Shown here piece by piece: positions 14,119 through 26,917 of a stretch of 64,000 bases of DNA; within the stretch, counting starts at the first letter, position 1, and the number at the start of each line of letters is the position of its first letter. Origin of the DNA: Octopus vulgaris (taxonomy: Eukaryota). The notes under the pieces were generated by a model, which saw only the letters and a program-made list of their open reading frames with translations, was not told where the DNA came from and made no database searches. Location: NCBI GenBank assembly GCA_951406725.2, contig OX597829.1, positions 4,092,001 to 4,156,000 on the forward strand, given 5' to 3'. The position numbers were made by a program, and so were the translations under genes.

Positions 14119-15880
14119 TCATTGACGAATGACAGGGACCTTCTCTTTGTGGCTGGACGATATGCTGGGGGCTTCCATGGCGAACATGGAGGCTACGGTT
14201 ATGGTTCCCGCAACGAGGAGGGAACCAGGCTGCTGGAGTTCTGCGATGTGAATAGTCTTATGGTTTGCAACACTAACTTCAGGAAACCGACAAGCCACTT
14301 GGTCACCTACCGATCGGGCCGGCATACTAGCCAAATCGACTACATCCTTGCCAGAAAAAGGGAAAGATGGCTGCTTATAAATGCCAAAACCTTCCCAGGC
14401 GAAGAATGTACCCCACACATATTTATATGTATGTATAATATAAATATATATATATATATATAGGAGCTTCTCTATGCTGATGACCTTGCTCTAATTGTTG
14501 AGTCACTATCGGAACTAGAGAAGTTTCAGGTGTGGCAGCAAGGATTAGAATCGAAGGGCTTTAGAGTCAACCTAGCTAAAACCAAAGTCCTAATAAGTAG
14601 GAAGGCAGACAAACCACAAATCCCTTCAGGTAGATGGCTTTGCTCGATCTGTAGAAAAGGTGTAGGTAGAAACTCCATAAGATGTACCCAGTGTAAGCTA
14701 TGGACACATAAGAGGTGCAGCAATATCAAAGGAAGGCTAACTGGGAAGATAGTTTTTGTATGTGGCAAATACTAAGGTTCTATAAACACTGAAAATGTGT
14801 AGAAAAACTAGAAGCAGTTGATTGTGTTACCTAGGTGACCAAGTCAGTAGTGAGGGAGGGTGCACTGAAAGTGTAGCTGCTAGAATAAGAATAGCCTGGG
14901 CAAAGTTTAGAGAGCTCTTACCCCTGCTGGTGACAAAGGTCCTCTCGTTCAGAGTAAAAGGTAGACTGTATGATGCATGTGTACGAACAGCCATGCTACC
15001 TGGCTGTGAAACATGGGCTGTGACTGCTGAGAACATGCGTAAACTTGCAAGGAATGAAGCCAGTATACTCCACTGGATGTGTAATGTCAGTGTGCAGACA
15101 TGAAAGAGTGTAAGTACCTTAAGAGAAAAGTTGGATTTAAGAAGCATCAGATGTGGTGTGCAAGAGAGACGACTGCGCTTGTATGGTCGTGTATTGTGAA
15201 TGGATGAGGATAGCTGTGTGAAAAAGTGTTACACCCTAGCAGTTGAGGGAACCTGTGGAAGAGGTAGACCCAGGAAAACCTGGGATGAAGTGGTGAAGCA
15301 TGATCTTCGAACATTAGGCCTCACTGAGGAAATGATTAGTGACCGAGACTTTTGGAAATATGCTGTGCTTGAGAAGACTCGGCAAGCCAAGTGAGACCAT
15401 AACCTGTGGCCTATGCCAGTGGTGTATAACCAGCCCACTTATGAATACCCTTCATTCATTGGACAATAAACTTTGGTTGCGAAGGCCTGTTGAGGCAAGT
15501 GAAATCAAAATCGCTGACATGGATGATGACAGTACTGCCTTATTGGCACCCATGCCAGTGGAACGTTAAAAGCACCATCAGAGCGTGATTGCTGCCAGAG
15601 CCCGCTGACTGGCTCCCGTGCTGGTGGCATGTAAAAAACACCATTTGAGCGTGGTCATTACCAGTACTGCCTGACTGGCCCTCATGCTGGTGCCACGTAA
15701 AAGCACCCACTACACTCTCAGAGTGGTTGGCGTTAGGAAGGGCATCCAGCTGTAGAAACCTTGCCAGATCAGAGTGGAGCCTGGTGCAGCCTTCTGGCTT
15801 GCCAGTCCTCAGTCACACCATCCAACCTATGCCAGCAAGGGAAGCAGATGTTAAATGACGACGACGGTGATGATGATGAT
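14119..15880 (+). mobile_element. Degenerate RTE-clade LINE: APE endonuclease fragment, RT C-terminal part, 3' UTR and (GAT)n tail
   Basis: GYGSRNEEGTRLLEFC...SQIDYIL (endonuclease), ELLYADDL at about 14464, YLGD, KGRLYDACVRTAML.GCETW, RGRGRPRKTW. Frameshifts and stops present. Confidence 0.93.
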
Positions 15881-15892
15881 CATCATCATCAC

Positions 15893-15894
<2 letters not shown>

Positions 15895-15933
<39 letters not shown>

Positions 15934-15945
15934 TGTGTGTGTGTG

Positions 15946-15984
<39 letters not shown>

Positions 15985-16069
15985 GTGTGTATATATATAT
16001 GTGTATATATATATATATATATGTGTGTATATATATATGTGTGTGTATATATATGTGTGTGTGTATATA

Positions 16070-16150
<81 letters not shown>

Positions 16151-16170
16151 ATGAATGTATATATATATTA
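15895..16170. repeat. (TA)n/(TG)n compound microsatellite
   Basis: Directly visible. Confidence 0.95.
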
Positions 16171-16518
16171 GTATGTATGTATGTGTTTATATGTATATAC
16201 ATTTATATGTATATATATAAATCTGTATATATAGATGTATAATATTAGAAAATGTGATAATTCACACTGAAAGCACACAAGCCAGAAACTTGCAATAGGA
16301 ACAGAGTGAAGAACTTTTTATACTCCTTAATGCATGTTTGGAGACCTCTTGAACTTATTATGAAGAAGACATTTTTATGATTGAGTTTTAAAGAATTTAT
16401 GTTTTTCATCTTAAATTCGAAGCATTTCTTGTACATTATGCCATGTTTTCAGTATTATTGCACCAACAATCTGTTCTATACACTGTAATTAAACATTCTG
16501 TTTATTTTTTTCTGGCAG

Positions 16519-16671
16519 GAACTTATACCTGAATTCTATTACCTACCTGAAATGTTTGTTAACCAAAACACATACAACTTTGGAGAACAAGATGACAATA
16601 TCAAAGTGGATGATGTCTGTCTGCCACACTGGGCACGAACTCCTGATGATTTTGTCCGCATCAATAGAATG
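16519..16671 (+). CDS. NBEA: Neurobeachin BEACH exon: ELIPEFYYLPEMFVNQNTYNFGEQDDNIKVDDVCLPHWARTPDDFVRINRM
   Basis: Acceptor tctggcag, donor ATG|gtaaat. ELIPEFYYLPEMF motif. Overlaps ORF 16552..16827. 153 nt. Confidence 0.98.
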
Positions 16672-16881
16672 GTAAATAGTACTTTTGTGTCTGTGTGTGT
16701 GCATGTGTGTATTTTAATATTTCACTTAAATATTGTGAGACCTGGTGTAGAACTCAATATACGTACGTTTCAGAATGAAGTGTTGGCTGAGTATAGAGCA
16801 GCAATAAGAGAGATGAGAAAGGGATAAAGGATTATCTTATGAAGTTCATAAGCTAATCATTTATTCCTTTGTCATCTCTCT

Positions 16882-16916
<35 letters not shown>

Positions 16917-17237
16917 GTGTATGTTGATAAAAACGGTAAGATAACAAAAGAAAGAAAGAGACCTCGATATTATGTAAATAGAGGAATTTATCTGTAAATG
17001 TATTACGTGACAATTATTCAGTAGCCAAGATAAAATTCTGAATAAAAACTACCAAATAATTGTCACACATATATATATATATATATATATATACCAGAAT
17101 AAGCACATAAATGTGAAACAAGGTGGAAAAAAGAGTACTCAAATACCAGAGGTAGAGTAATATGCTTTATTTTAAGCAGCAGAAATATAACAAAAACTGT
17201 TAATCACCATTTTGGCGATTGCCAAAATGATGTGGAC

Positions 17238-17280
17238 ACCTCTGATAAGAACACAGCAATGTTCGAAAATTGATTAAGGT
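17238..17280 (+). ncRNA. Minimal type-I hammerhead ribozyme-like motif (core CUGAUAA)
   Basis: ACCT-CTGATAA-GAACA cagcaa TGTTC-GAAA-ATTGAT-TA-AGGT. Stems I and II are perfect, stem III is near-palindromic, and G8 is replaced by A. Confidence 0.6.
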
Positions 17281-17296
17281 AGTTCATCATTTTTAT

Positions 17297-17454
17297 AGGC
17301 ATAGGAGTGGCCGTGTGGTAAGTAGCTTGCTTACGAACCACATGGTTCCAGGTTCACAGTCACTGCGTGGCACCTTGGGCAAGTGTCTTCTACTATAGCC
17401 TCGGGCCGACCAATTCCTTGTGAGTGGATTTGGTAGATGGAAACTGAAAGAAGC

Positions 17455-17495
<41 letters not shown>

Positions 17496-17699
17496 GTGTA
17501 TGTGTCTGTGTTTGTTCCGCTCAACATCGCTTGACAACCGATGCTGGTGTGTTTACGTCCCCGTAACTTAGCGGTTCGGCAAAAGAGACCGATAGAATAA
17601 GTACTAGGCTTACAAAGAATAAGTCCTGTGGTCGATTTCCTCAACTAAAGGCAGTGCTCCAGCATGGCCGCAGTGAAATTACTGAAACAAATAAAAGAA
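17297..17699 (+). mobile_element. tRNA-derived SINE family A (about 400 bp, internal (TA)n/(TG)n)
   Basis: A/B-box-like head (tggctgtgtggtaag...ggttcagtccc in the family), CORE-like ccttgggcaagtgtcttc, and a shared 3' end. Near-identical copies elsewhere in the window. Confidence 0.88.
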
Positions 17700-17736
17700 T
17701 TCCCATTCATTGGACAATTTTTTTTTTTTAACAAAA

Positions 17737-17774
17737 CTGTCCGATGAACAGGAATGTGAAACTCTGAGTAACAG
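17737..17774 (+). ncRNA. Minimal type-I hammerhead ribozyme-like motif (core CCGAUGA)
   Basis: CTGT-CCGATGA-ACA ggaa TGT-GAAA-CTCTGAG-TA-ACAG. Stem I extends (aacaaaa/ttttgtt). Predicted GUA cleavage triplet. Confidence 0.7.
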
Positions 17775-18624
17775 CTTTTGTTATATTTCTGCTGCTTTTA
17801 AACAAAGCATATATATATATTCCTTCCTTCTGTAGTATCAATTGTAGAGTAAGAGCTTATGTTGTTTTTATACTGCCGAAGGAAGCACTGCGGCAGTTTA
17901 TGAGTTGAGATTTAATAATAGAAACAAAAGTGAAGCCTGATTTTGACGTGAAAGAGGTTAAGGTCGAGCTTGTTGAAAGAATAGCTGCTGAGGACAAACA
18001 CTGCCATAGTTATTATATTGTACTCTAAAGAATAACATGTAAAGTAACACTCCTTGTATGATTGGTTGGAAAATTAACAAACAATTACTGTATATTAAGA
18101 AACAATTATATATTAAGAACCACTTAATTATTATGAGTGAGACAGCAGTGTGTAAGTGTGTGTGGTGTGTGTGTGTGTATGTCAGCTTTTGGTTCTGTTT
18201 CTCTACTTCTTTTTACCTCCTCCTCCTTGTACCCATTTTAAATTCTTTCCCAATAAGGTCAAGTCTGCCTTTCATTGTTCCAGTGTCAATAAATACCTGA
18301 AACAAATTGAGTTTGATTTGATTGGAATTACCAAACCACTTACATATTTGTGCCAATGAGACTAATTAATACCTTTATACTAGGCTATAAAATATTTTGC
18401 TCAATTTTGCGACCATCTCTGAACATTGAAAGCACAAAAACGAAAATGATTTTCAACAGATTAATATAAAAACAAAAATCAAATTAAAATTGTTTACACA
18501 TTGAAAATTGATAATTAATAATTATAAAATGAATAAATTTTCTGTTCTTTATTTGGTATTGTAAAAAAATATTATTTAAATAGGCCAAAATATTCTACCC
18601 ATATTATGTTCAAACTGGCCAGAT

Positions 18625-18930
18625 ACTACTTACTTGTACTTGTGGCGACATTCACCCTGGGCGGGTTGAGTCGGCTTCTTCTACCACCCTCGAGGCATCT
18701 CGAACCATGGCAGCCAATGCACGACGGTCCTGTGCCAGTTCACTGGAGATAGCGAGCCAGTCACAGTTCCATCGGCGCAGGCCGACCACCTGCAGACCCG
18801 TGAGCAGGGAGAGGTCCTCCTTAATCGTCGTAACCCAGGTCTTCAGCTGCCCGCCCGCGTGTTTCTACCAGTTGGGAAGTGGAGTCGGGAGAAGGACATC
18901 ACGGCTCAGTTCACCCACCGGACGCCTACA
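18625..18930 (-). mobile_element. GC-rich RTE LINE 3' fragment inserted in a piggyBac-like MITE
   Basis: Minus strand reads GGQLKTWVTTIKEDL...RRWNCDWLAISSELAQDRRA, with a caagta-type tail. Confidence 0.75.
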
Positions 18931-19466
18931 TTACCATATCATTCTAAAGTAAATGATCACATCATCAAAGTCTCAAAACTACACGATAATACATGATTAA
19001 TTGAAAACAATAAGAACAAATAATTATTACAGTTGACAGAGTAATGTAAATGCTAAAGGGTTAAACACAATTTATTTATTAATATAAAAATATGGTAGTC
19101 TCCCTGTTTTTGTTTCTTTTGCTAGAAATAGCTGCTAAATCTCCTTCAAATCAAACTAAACTGAAAAACTGGATGGTCACAGCTGGAATGTTTTCAATCT
19201 ATTCAGTCATGGTTGAGCTGGGGCTAAATAATCAACATAACTCTATATACGTAAAATACACCGTTTTCTCTATACCAGCACAGTAGTGGTGGTCATGATG
19301 ATGACATTACTGGTGCACTTTTGTTATACTTTAATTTAAATTTCCATCTACTTTCTCTTTCATAATTGGTATGAATTTAACGTGTTTGTGAAGTGTTCAG
19401 ATTTTATAATTATTACTTCAACTGTAATTGCATTGTGCTCCTGGAGAAGGTGCGTAACAGTGATTT

Positions 19467-20060
19467 CATCATTCACACTCTCAACAATACGCTCTTAAAT
19501 ATGGTTTCTGATTACAAATATCTTGGGTCATACATATCATCATCTGAAAAAGATTTTCTAATTAGAAAGGGTATGGCCTGGTCAGCCTGTAATGATATGC
19601 ATAAGATCTGGTCATCAAATCTAAGTAGAGATTTCAAAGTTAAAATCTTCAAAGCCACAGTCGAACCAATTCTACTATATGGCTCAGAAACCTGGACGTT
19701 ATCAAAGAAACATGAGAGGCGGTTGGATGGAACTTACACTCGCTTCTTTATGAGAGCTCAATATCTCTCGTGGAAGCATCATCCAACCAAAATACAAATA
19801 TATGGGAAACTACCAACTGTATCATCTCTTGTGAAAGGTAGAAGAGTCCAGTTTGCTGGACATTGTTGTAGAGCTGAAAAACGAGGTAATTTCTACTCTT
19901 CTCTGATACCAGAGGGCGCACACTTTCTTACCCTGATGTAATCTGCAGGGATACAGGCATCCAGCAACAGGACCTCCGTAATGCTATGATGGACCGTGAA
20001 GTCTGGCGTAACATAGCAAATTCCATTGTTTCAACCACGGTCGAACAATGATGATGATGA
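19467..20060 (+). mobile_element. 5'-truncated RTE-type LINE with (GAT)n tail
   Basis: DYKYLGSYI, KIFKATVEPILLYGSETWTL, RRVQFAGHC. A shorter copy of the same 3' end lies at about 33915-34121. Confidence 0.9.
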
Positions 20061-20572
20061 GCACAGCACACTGTAACACTCTGCCTAGCAAACAACATAT
20101 TCTCTTCCTGCTCAGCAGTTGATAGTAAGGACAGCCAGTAACTAGCGTGACTGAGCCACCATTGCCTTTTGTTATGGATATAGTCTCCAAATCTCCATGA
20201 ACTCCAATCGTTCTTGAGAAAGGAAGTTAGTATGATCGCTGCTGGAACATCTTTGATTGCTGCTGAATCACAGCTAACTTCTGCTCAACCACAATTACTT
20301 TAACAATAAATAATTTGATCTAAATCATCTGACCTGTGACAGTTTGGAAAATTGGTTGAGGACGAATTGACAGAGAAAAAAATTAAGATTAATTAATCAC
20401 CTTTTAATTGCCCTTTGAGGCTACTTTTTCTTCTCACAGAAGCCTCCCCCCTCCCCCCCTTCTTAGCATTTGATCTCATAAACCGTTTGTATGAAACATG
20501 TACTCAACCTGATACCATTAGTTCTTTCTCTCTTTCTTTCTTATTATGATAATCATGTTGTTCAATTTTTAA

Positions 20573-20716
<144 letters not shown>

Positions 20717-20931
20717 TAACATTTTTTTCCTTCTGAATGAATGAGAGAAACAAACATGTTCCCTTAACCCTTCTTCCTCAACAAATTCATTCAACATCCA
20801 CCAACAGACTTTACAGTTGTAAAGTGGAAGCTGCAAGTTATAATCATGGGTATTGTTATCAAAATCATTTGGTCCCAAACTTTTTATTTGCTTAATGTTA
20901 TCAGTTAGTTGTTATTATTATTATTATTATT

Positions 20932-20971
<40 letters not shown>

Positions 20972-21937
20972 ATGCTCCCTCCCAAGGTGATCACAATAAG
21001 TGGATTCTACTGTATTTCTAAGCAAGGTACCTTATTTATTCTTCAAGTGAGAAGGAATGACTCCCAGATTGTCTTGGATCCTATCTAGTGTTTCCTATTT
21101 TGTGAATAATTATATTTATCAATTGTTTCATATCATGGAAACCACAATACTATCTCAAAGATATTATCTGAGAAAACAACCAAATTTTCAGTTCATTGAA
21201 GGGTCATTTTCCTTTCTTGGCTTTCTAATTTTTCCTTGATCTATAGCAGAGGGGCATGTATGGATTTTCAGAAATATCATGTGAATTTTAATTTGTAGTT
21301 ATACAGGTCAAAGCTCAACACCATTTCGCAATACCTTGGGCAAATTTCTTTTGCTGTAGCTATGGATTGACACAAACTTTAAGTGAAAGACAGTTGTTCT
21401 TGGAGGTGGAATAGGCTTAAAATATCATCTAGTTTGACCTTCCCACTACTGCCTCTCCTCCACCTCTCAGGGTACCTTTCACAGTATCCATTATGTTATA
21501 ATCATTTGCATAATGTCATCAATTGGAGTTAGATAATTCAACATGGTGATGAACCCACCCATCAGTTGAGTTCTTCCTCTTACCTTCCTCACCTTCCACC
21601 CACTAGTCTCAGACAACCTCAAATGAGGGTCTCTGGCTTGGTCGTGTAAAAATATTAAACATAATAATTATAATAGTCTAGCTGAGACATGTTTTATTGT
21701 GAGTAAAGGAATGAAATAAAGAGAGAAAGAGAGAAAGAAAGACGATACTGCTTGTATTAAGTTTATTTAAATGTCTTTACTAAAAACTAATTAAATATAA
21801 TGAATAATGACTGCAAACAGGAACTATGATGAGGGTAATTCAAAATTAAAAAGTCTGTAAGGAAGCCTGCATGACTAACCCTCCCCTTCAGCAGTGAAAT
21901 TGGTTTTAAAACAGTCAATGTTTTGTTTTATTTACAG

Positions 21938-22032
21938 GACCTGAAGCAGTTAGAGCTACCAATGTTTTTTATTATTTAACATATGAAGGGAGTGTCAACC
22001 TTGAATCTATGACTGATCCAGTTATGAAAGAG
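21938..22032 (+). CDS. NBEA: Neurobeachin BEACH exon: (G)[31 protein letters not shown]; ends at a GC donor
   Basis: Acceptor atttacag. The homology-consistent end is GAG|gcaaga. In frame with the next exon. Confidence 0.95.
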
Positions 22033-22399
22033 GCAAGATATTAATTTCTTACAGTTTTTAAAGAATCCTATTTTCTAAACATAATAATTATTATTATTAT
22101 TACACTAGTGGAAAGAAACGAAGCCAGTATGTTCCCTGGATGGGTAATGTCAGTGTGCATATATGACAAAGTTTAAGTGATTTGAAAGAAAAACTGGTTG
22201 ACAAGATGCAACATAGGCACTCTATAGAGAGGGCCATTTTCATAATTATAGCTGGAGACCTCTAGTAGCCATCAGTATTTCATTTTTAGTGAATGAAAAC
22301 TCAAATTAATTATTGATTATAGAACACTTTTCAGTTTTCACTTCCTTTTATTAATTTGTCATCTTTGTATATATATTTTTTTTTCTTTTGTCATTACAG

Positions 22400-22489
22400 G
22401 CCATAGAAAACCAAATCCGTAGTTTTGGTCAAACCCCAACCCAACTTCTAACTGAACCTCACCCACCAAGGAGTTCTTTAATGCATTTG
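22400..22489 (+). CDS. NBEA: Neurobeachin exon, end of BEACH domain: [30 protein letters not shown]
   Basis: Acceptor cattacag, donor TTG|gtaaga. FGQTP.QL..EPHPPR motif. 90 nt. Confidence 0.98.
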
Positions 22490-23248
22490 GTAAGAATAAA
22501 CAGACAAGTGTGTGTGTGTGTTGTAATCTATTGGGATTATCAATGAGTTTTGGTATTGTTGTTTTTTTTGTTTTTTGATACCAATTTTCTTACTTTTATA
22601 AAAAAAAAAGAGAATATTGAGATTAGAAAAATAAATTAAGGCTTCAACAGGAATGCTGGCAAATGTTTTTTCTCTTTAAACTAAAATAATGGGCAAAAAT
22701 GAGGAAAACCAAATTGCATTTTGCTTGCTATGCCTGATTAGATCAAACAGTTTTATATGTAAGCTTTTCTTCTTATTAAAATGTATTCAGATAGGTTTTT
22801 TTCTCCCCACCTTCTGGTACACTGCATGTATATAATTTTTTTTTTTTTGTGTGTGTGTATTTCTGTGAAATTGACTACTTTTTACTTACCATGGTTGCAA
22901 AATTATAAAATCTTCAATTTCAATTTAACACTAAATATATAATATTCCATTTTCTCTTGTCATAATGCCTGTTTTATTTGCACTTTTCCAAAATTGTTCC
23001 ATCTTTGTGTATGTGTATTTTTCAAATGAAATGGTTAATTGTTGATGACAATTTTATCTAAGGGTTGTAAATTCTAAATTTCATATACTTTTGTATTTGA
23101 AATTAAAATGTAATTTGTTATTAAAGCAACAAATTATTGTTAAAACTTTAATGCTGTAAATTAATTTTAGCAATGTTTATATATGTTTGATGTGTGTTTA
23201 CACAAAACCACTCACAAACATATATTTATGTATGTGGCTTTCTGTGTG

Positions 23249-23286
<38 letters not shown>

Positions 23287-26200
23287 TATATTAACAAGCA
23301 CATATTGCGAGTTGCAAGTTGAGAATTTGATATCAATAAATTTCATTTGTGTCATTGTTATGGAAAGGCATGAAAGCCACTCCTATGACAAACACTTGTG
23401 ACTGCGTAAAACCAAGCAGTTTTGTTTGTTATACAGCATGTATACACAAGATTACATCTTTTGATATGCATGTCATCATCATCATCATCATCCTCATCAT
23501 CTTCAGTGTCACTTATCAACACATCCACTCCATTTCTAGAGATGTTAAGTCAGAAGGTTGCAATTGGCTGTACAAATGGTGGTGCTGGTGGAGGTGGTGG
23601 CAGTGGTGAAATTGGTTGTTGATCCTTGTTGATCCACAATTCATGATCTCAAGTGAAACACAAAATAGTCTAAATTGAGATTTGAACTCACAATAATAGA
23701 ACTAGAAACCTACAACTGTTTGACATTTCATCCATGACTCAGCTCAATATACTGATGATGATGATGATGACAATGATGATAATTACTTCTAATTTTGGCA
23801 CAAGGCCAGCAATTTTAGAAGGAACGGTTTTAATTGATTACACCAAACCCAATACTTGATTGGTACTTATTTTATTGACCATAAAAGGTTGAAAGGCCAA
23901 GTTGGCCTTGACAATATCGTAAACTCTGTAAAGAGCCAGAAGAAATACCACAAAGAATTTTGTCCAATGTGCTAAAGATTCTGTCAGTCCACTAATAATC
24001 ATTTCTACAATAGGCTTAAAGCCTGACATTTGAGGGATGAGTAGAGTTGATACCAGATAGGTACTTTATTTTAATTAACCCTTGACGGATAAAAGGCAAA
24101 GTTGATCTCCACAAGAGTCAGAGAAATTCTACAAGACATTTTTCTCATGCTCTAATGGTTCAGCCATCCTACAGACTTTCACTTATAATGTTGATGGTTT
24201 TCTCTAGTATAGGTACAAGGCCTGAAATTTGTGGGGAAGGGTCCAGCACTCAACTGATACTTATTTTCTCGACCCTGAAAGGATGAAGGGCAAAGTTGAA
24301 CTCAGAACATAAAGACAGACAAAATGCCACTTAGCATCTTGTCCAGCATGCTAATGGTTCTACCAGCAATAATAACAATATTTTACAAGTGTTAGAATCA
24401 ACTTTGTTATTTCAGCAGTATGTATCTTTTAAATGCTAGATTGCAGAATAATATGTACGGCAGCAGGATTTGACCCAGAGCCTAAAAATTGGAATGAAAT
24501 AAGACTGGGATGTATTTATTCTGATGTGTTACTGTCTTGGCTACCCTCTATCCCCTAATTAATCAACCTAATGAAAAGAACAGATGCAAGCCAATAATTG
24601 ACCTTTTATGTGGTTGGTTAGTCTGCTAGAAATAGTAGTCAACTCTTATAAATCACAATTGTCCATTTTACAAAAATAGATGGATGGATATGGCTGGAAT
24701 GCCTTCAATTGTAGTCTGCTGAATCAGTCATACTTAAGGCTAATGAACAATACTAACAATGATCTTAATTAGTAAATATTTCTTACATCATTACAACTAC
24801 TGTAGTCTGGGGCTGACTAAAGCTTTGTGATTGGATTTAGTAGACAGAAACCGAAGGAAGCCCTTCTTATAGATGTGTGTGTCTTTCTTTGTCTGTTTGT
24901 CCCATCCCACTGTTTGACAACTGATGTTGGCATGTTTATATCCCTGTAACTTAGTAGTTTAGCAAAAGAACTGATAGAATATGTATCAGTTTTTACTGGG
25001 TTCAATTTATTTGGGTTCATTTTACTGGGTTCAATTCATAGTCTAATAACTGAAATAATTACAAGATAAATAATAGTATTGAAAAGCACTCAACTTATCT
25101 CATTGCTTATGTGTCTGATTACATTAGACTGTTTGTGTTCAGTTCACTCTACTTTCATTCTGCCTGTGTACTCTTGTATTTTTATCTCCCACATATCTTG
25201 AGCCCCTGTCATCACTTCATTTCCTGGTTCACATTGATTTCCATCGCCTCCCTGCCATCTTAGTCAGACTGTCTTTCATATTGCTACCTGTTTTCCAAAT
25301 ACTGAGTTCCACTTTTACTTGGTCCCATTATGACCCATCCCTCTCGCCATGATTATTCATGCCTCTGTCACTCATATTTCTCATTCTATAAAGAGGTGGA
25401 TGTGTGAACAAAGAGCGAGAGAGTGAGAGATGAGGCTGTGAAGACCCTTTATTTGCGACAAGGACACAGGTGCCCCACTGGTGTTGGCAGAATGAAAAAC
25501 ACATCCAACAACATTCTGCAAAGTAGGAGGTCATGAAGACCTTTAGTCTTCTCAAGGACATGGGCCTCTCTCTCTTTCTCTCTTTAGTGATGATTCAAAT
25601 AACAATGACAAACACAACAACATTGTAGTGTGTGTTAAGGGGTGAGTAAATTGAAGTAAACCAATCAGATAGCTGGCCTCCAAATTTATCAGCCTCCCAG
25701 TGCAGGTTCAAAGACAGTGTCAACCTCCTGTAGGACTTGGACTCAAAACAAATGGAGTCAGACCAATGAAGCTACAATGTCCAATGTCTCTCGTGGAATT
25801 TGAACTCTGATTCTAAAAAGACCACCATGAAATGCCCTGTGGCATTTTCTGTGCTATTCTACTAATTCTGCTAAAGCTGTCATTATTTACATTGGACGGA
25901 TATGTATCCTCACCTTGTTTGTTGTTATGGTTTTTTTTCTTTTTATATCACAACAAACCAGGTTTCAACCCTGAGGCCAGTTTTAAATTTTTATTTTTAG
26001 TTTGTCTCATGATGTTGTTGTTGTTTTTTTTATTAAGTTATTAATTTCTCAGGAGTAACCTTGTTGACCTGCATAACGATTAACATCATTTCCTACCTGG
26101 CAGCCTGCAATAGTTTCATTAATTTTTTAATCAATCATCTGTTCTACATTAATTCTAGGTTCAAAGGTCAAATGTTGAGCTTCTCTCTCTACCCACTCCT

Positions 26201-26686
26201 CCTCAGTACATCTTACAATAGTTCCAGCATTTTAGGACTAGAAACCTTTGTATGGCATTTCAGGGGTTGTTAGTTGATCCAGCACTTTGTCTGTAGCTTA
26301 TTTTTAGTAGCCCCAAAGGACAAAGTCTACCATGATGTAAAGGGACAGGGACATAATTTGGATGAAACTAAATACCGTATGGTATTTTTAATCAATGTAC
26401 TAATTTTTTGGGGTTATTTTGTTTCTAACATATACACATACATTGTGTGTGTGTGCATGCATGTAGATACACAGTTGCAGGTTCAATTGCACCATGTGGC
26501 ACCTTGGGCAAATGTCTTCTATTATAGCTTCAGGCCAGCCAAAGCCTTGTAAGTAGATTTGGACAATGGAAACTGAAAGAAGCCTGCCATAAATATATAT
26601 ATATATATGTATTTATGTGTTTGTGTTTTGTCCACCCATCACTGTTTGACTGTTAGTGTTGGTGTTTATGTACCGGTAACTTAGCA

Positions 26687-26917
26687 GGCGGCGAGATGGC
26701 AGAAACGTTAGCGCGCCGGGCGAAATGCCTAGCGGTATTTCGTCTGCCGTTACGTTGTGAGTTCAAATTCCGCCGAGGTCGACTTTACCTTTCATCCTTT
26801 CGGGGTCGATAAAAAAAGAACCAGTTACGCACTGGGGTCAATATAATCGACTTAATCCGTTTCTGTGTCCTTGTTTGTCCTCTCTGTGTTTAGCCCCTTG
26901 TGGGTAGTAAAGAAATA
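26687..26917 (+). mobile_element. Young SINE family B copy nested in a SINE family A copy
   Basis: CpG-rich. Flanked by the direct repeat GGTAACTTAGCA(G) at 26675-26686 and 26918-26929. Confidence 0.9.

Noticed and set aside
15761-16242. CV/YI/HT-rich ORFs (also 39699-40522, 53202-53708, 54921-55354, 59453-59799)
   Set aside because: Dinucleotide and tetranucleotide repeats lack stop codons. No coding signal.
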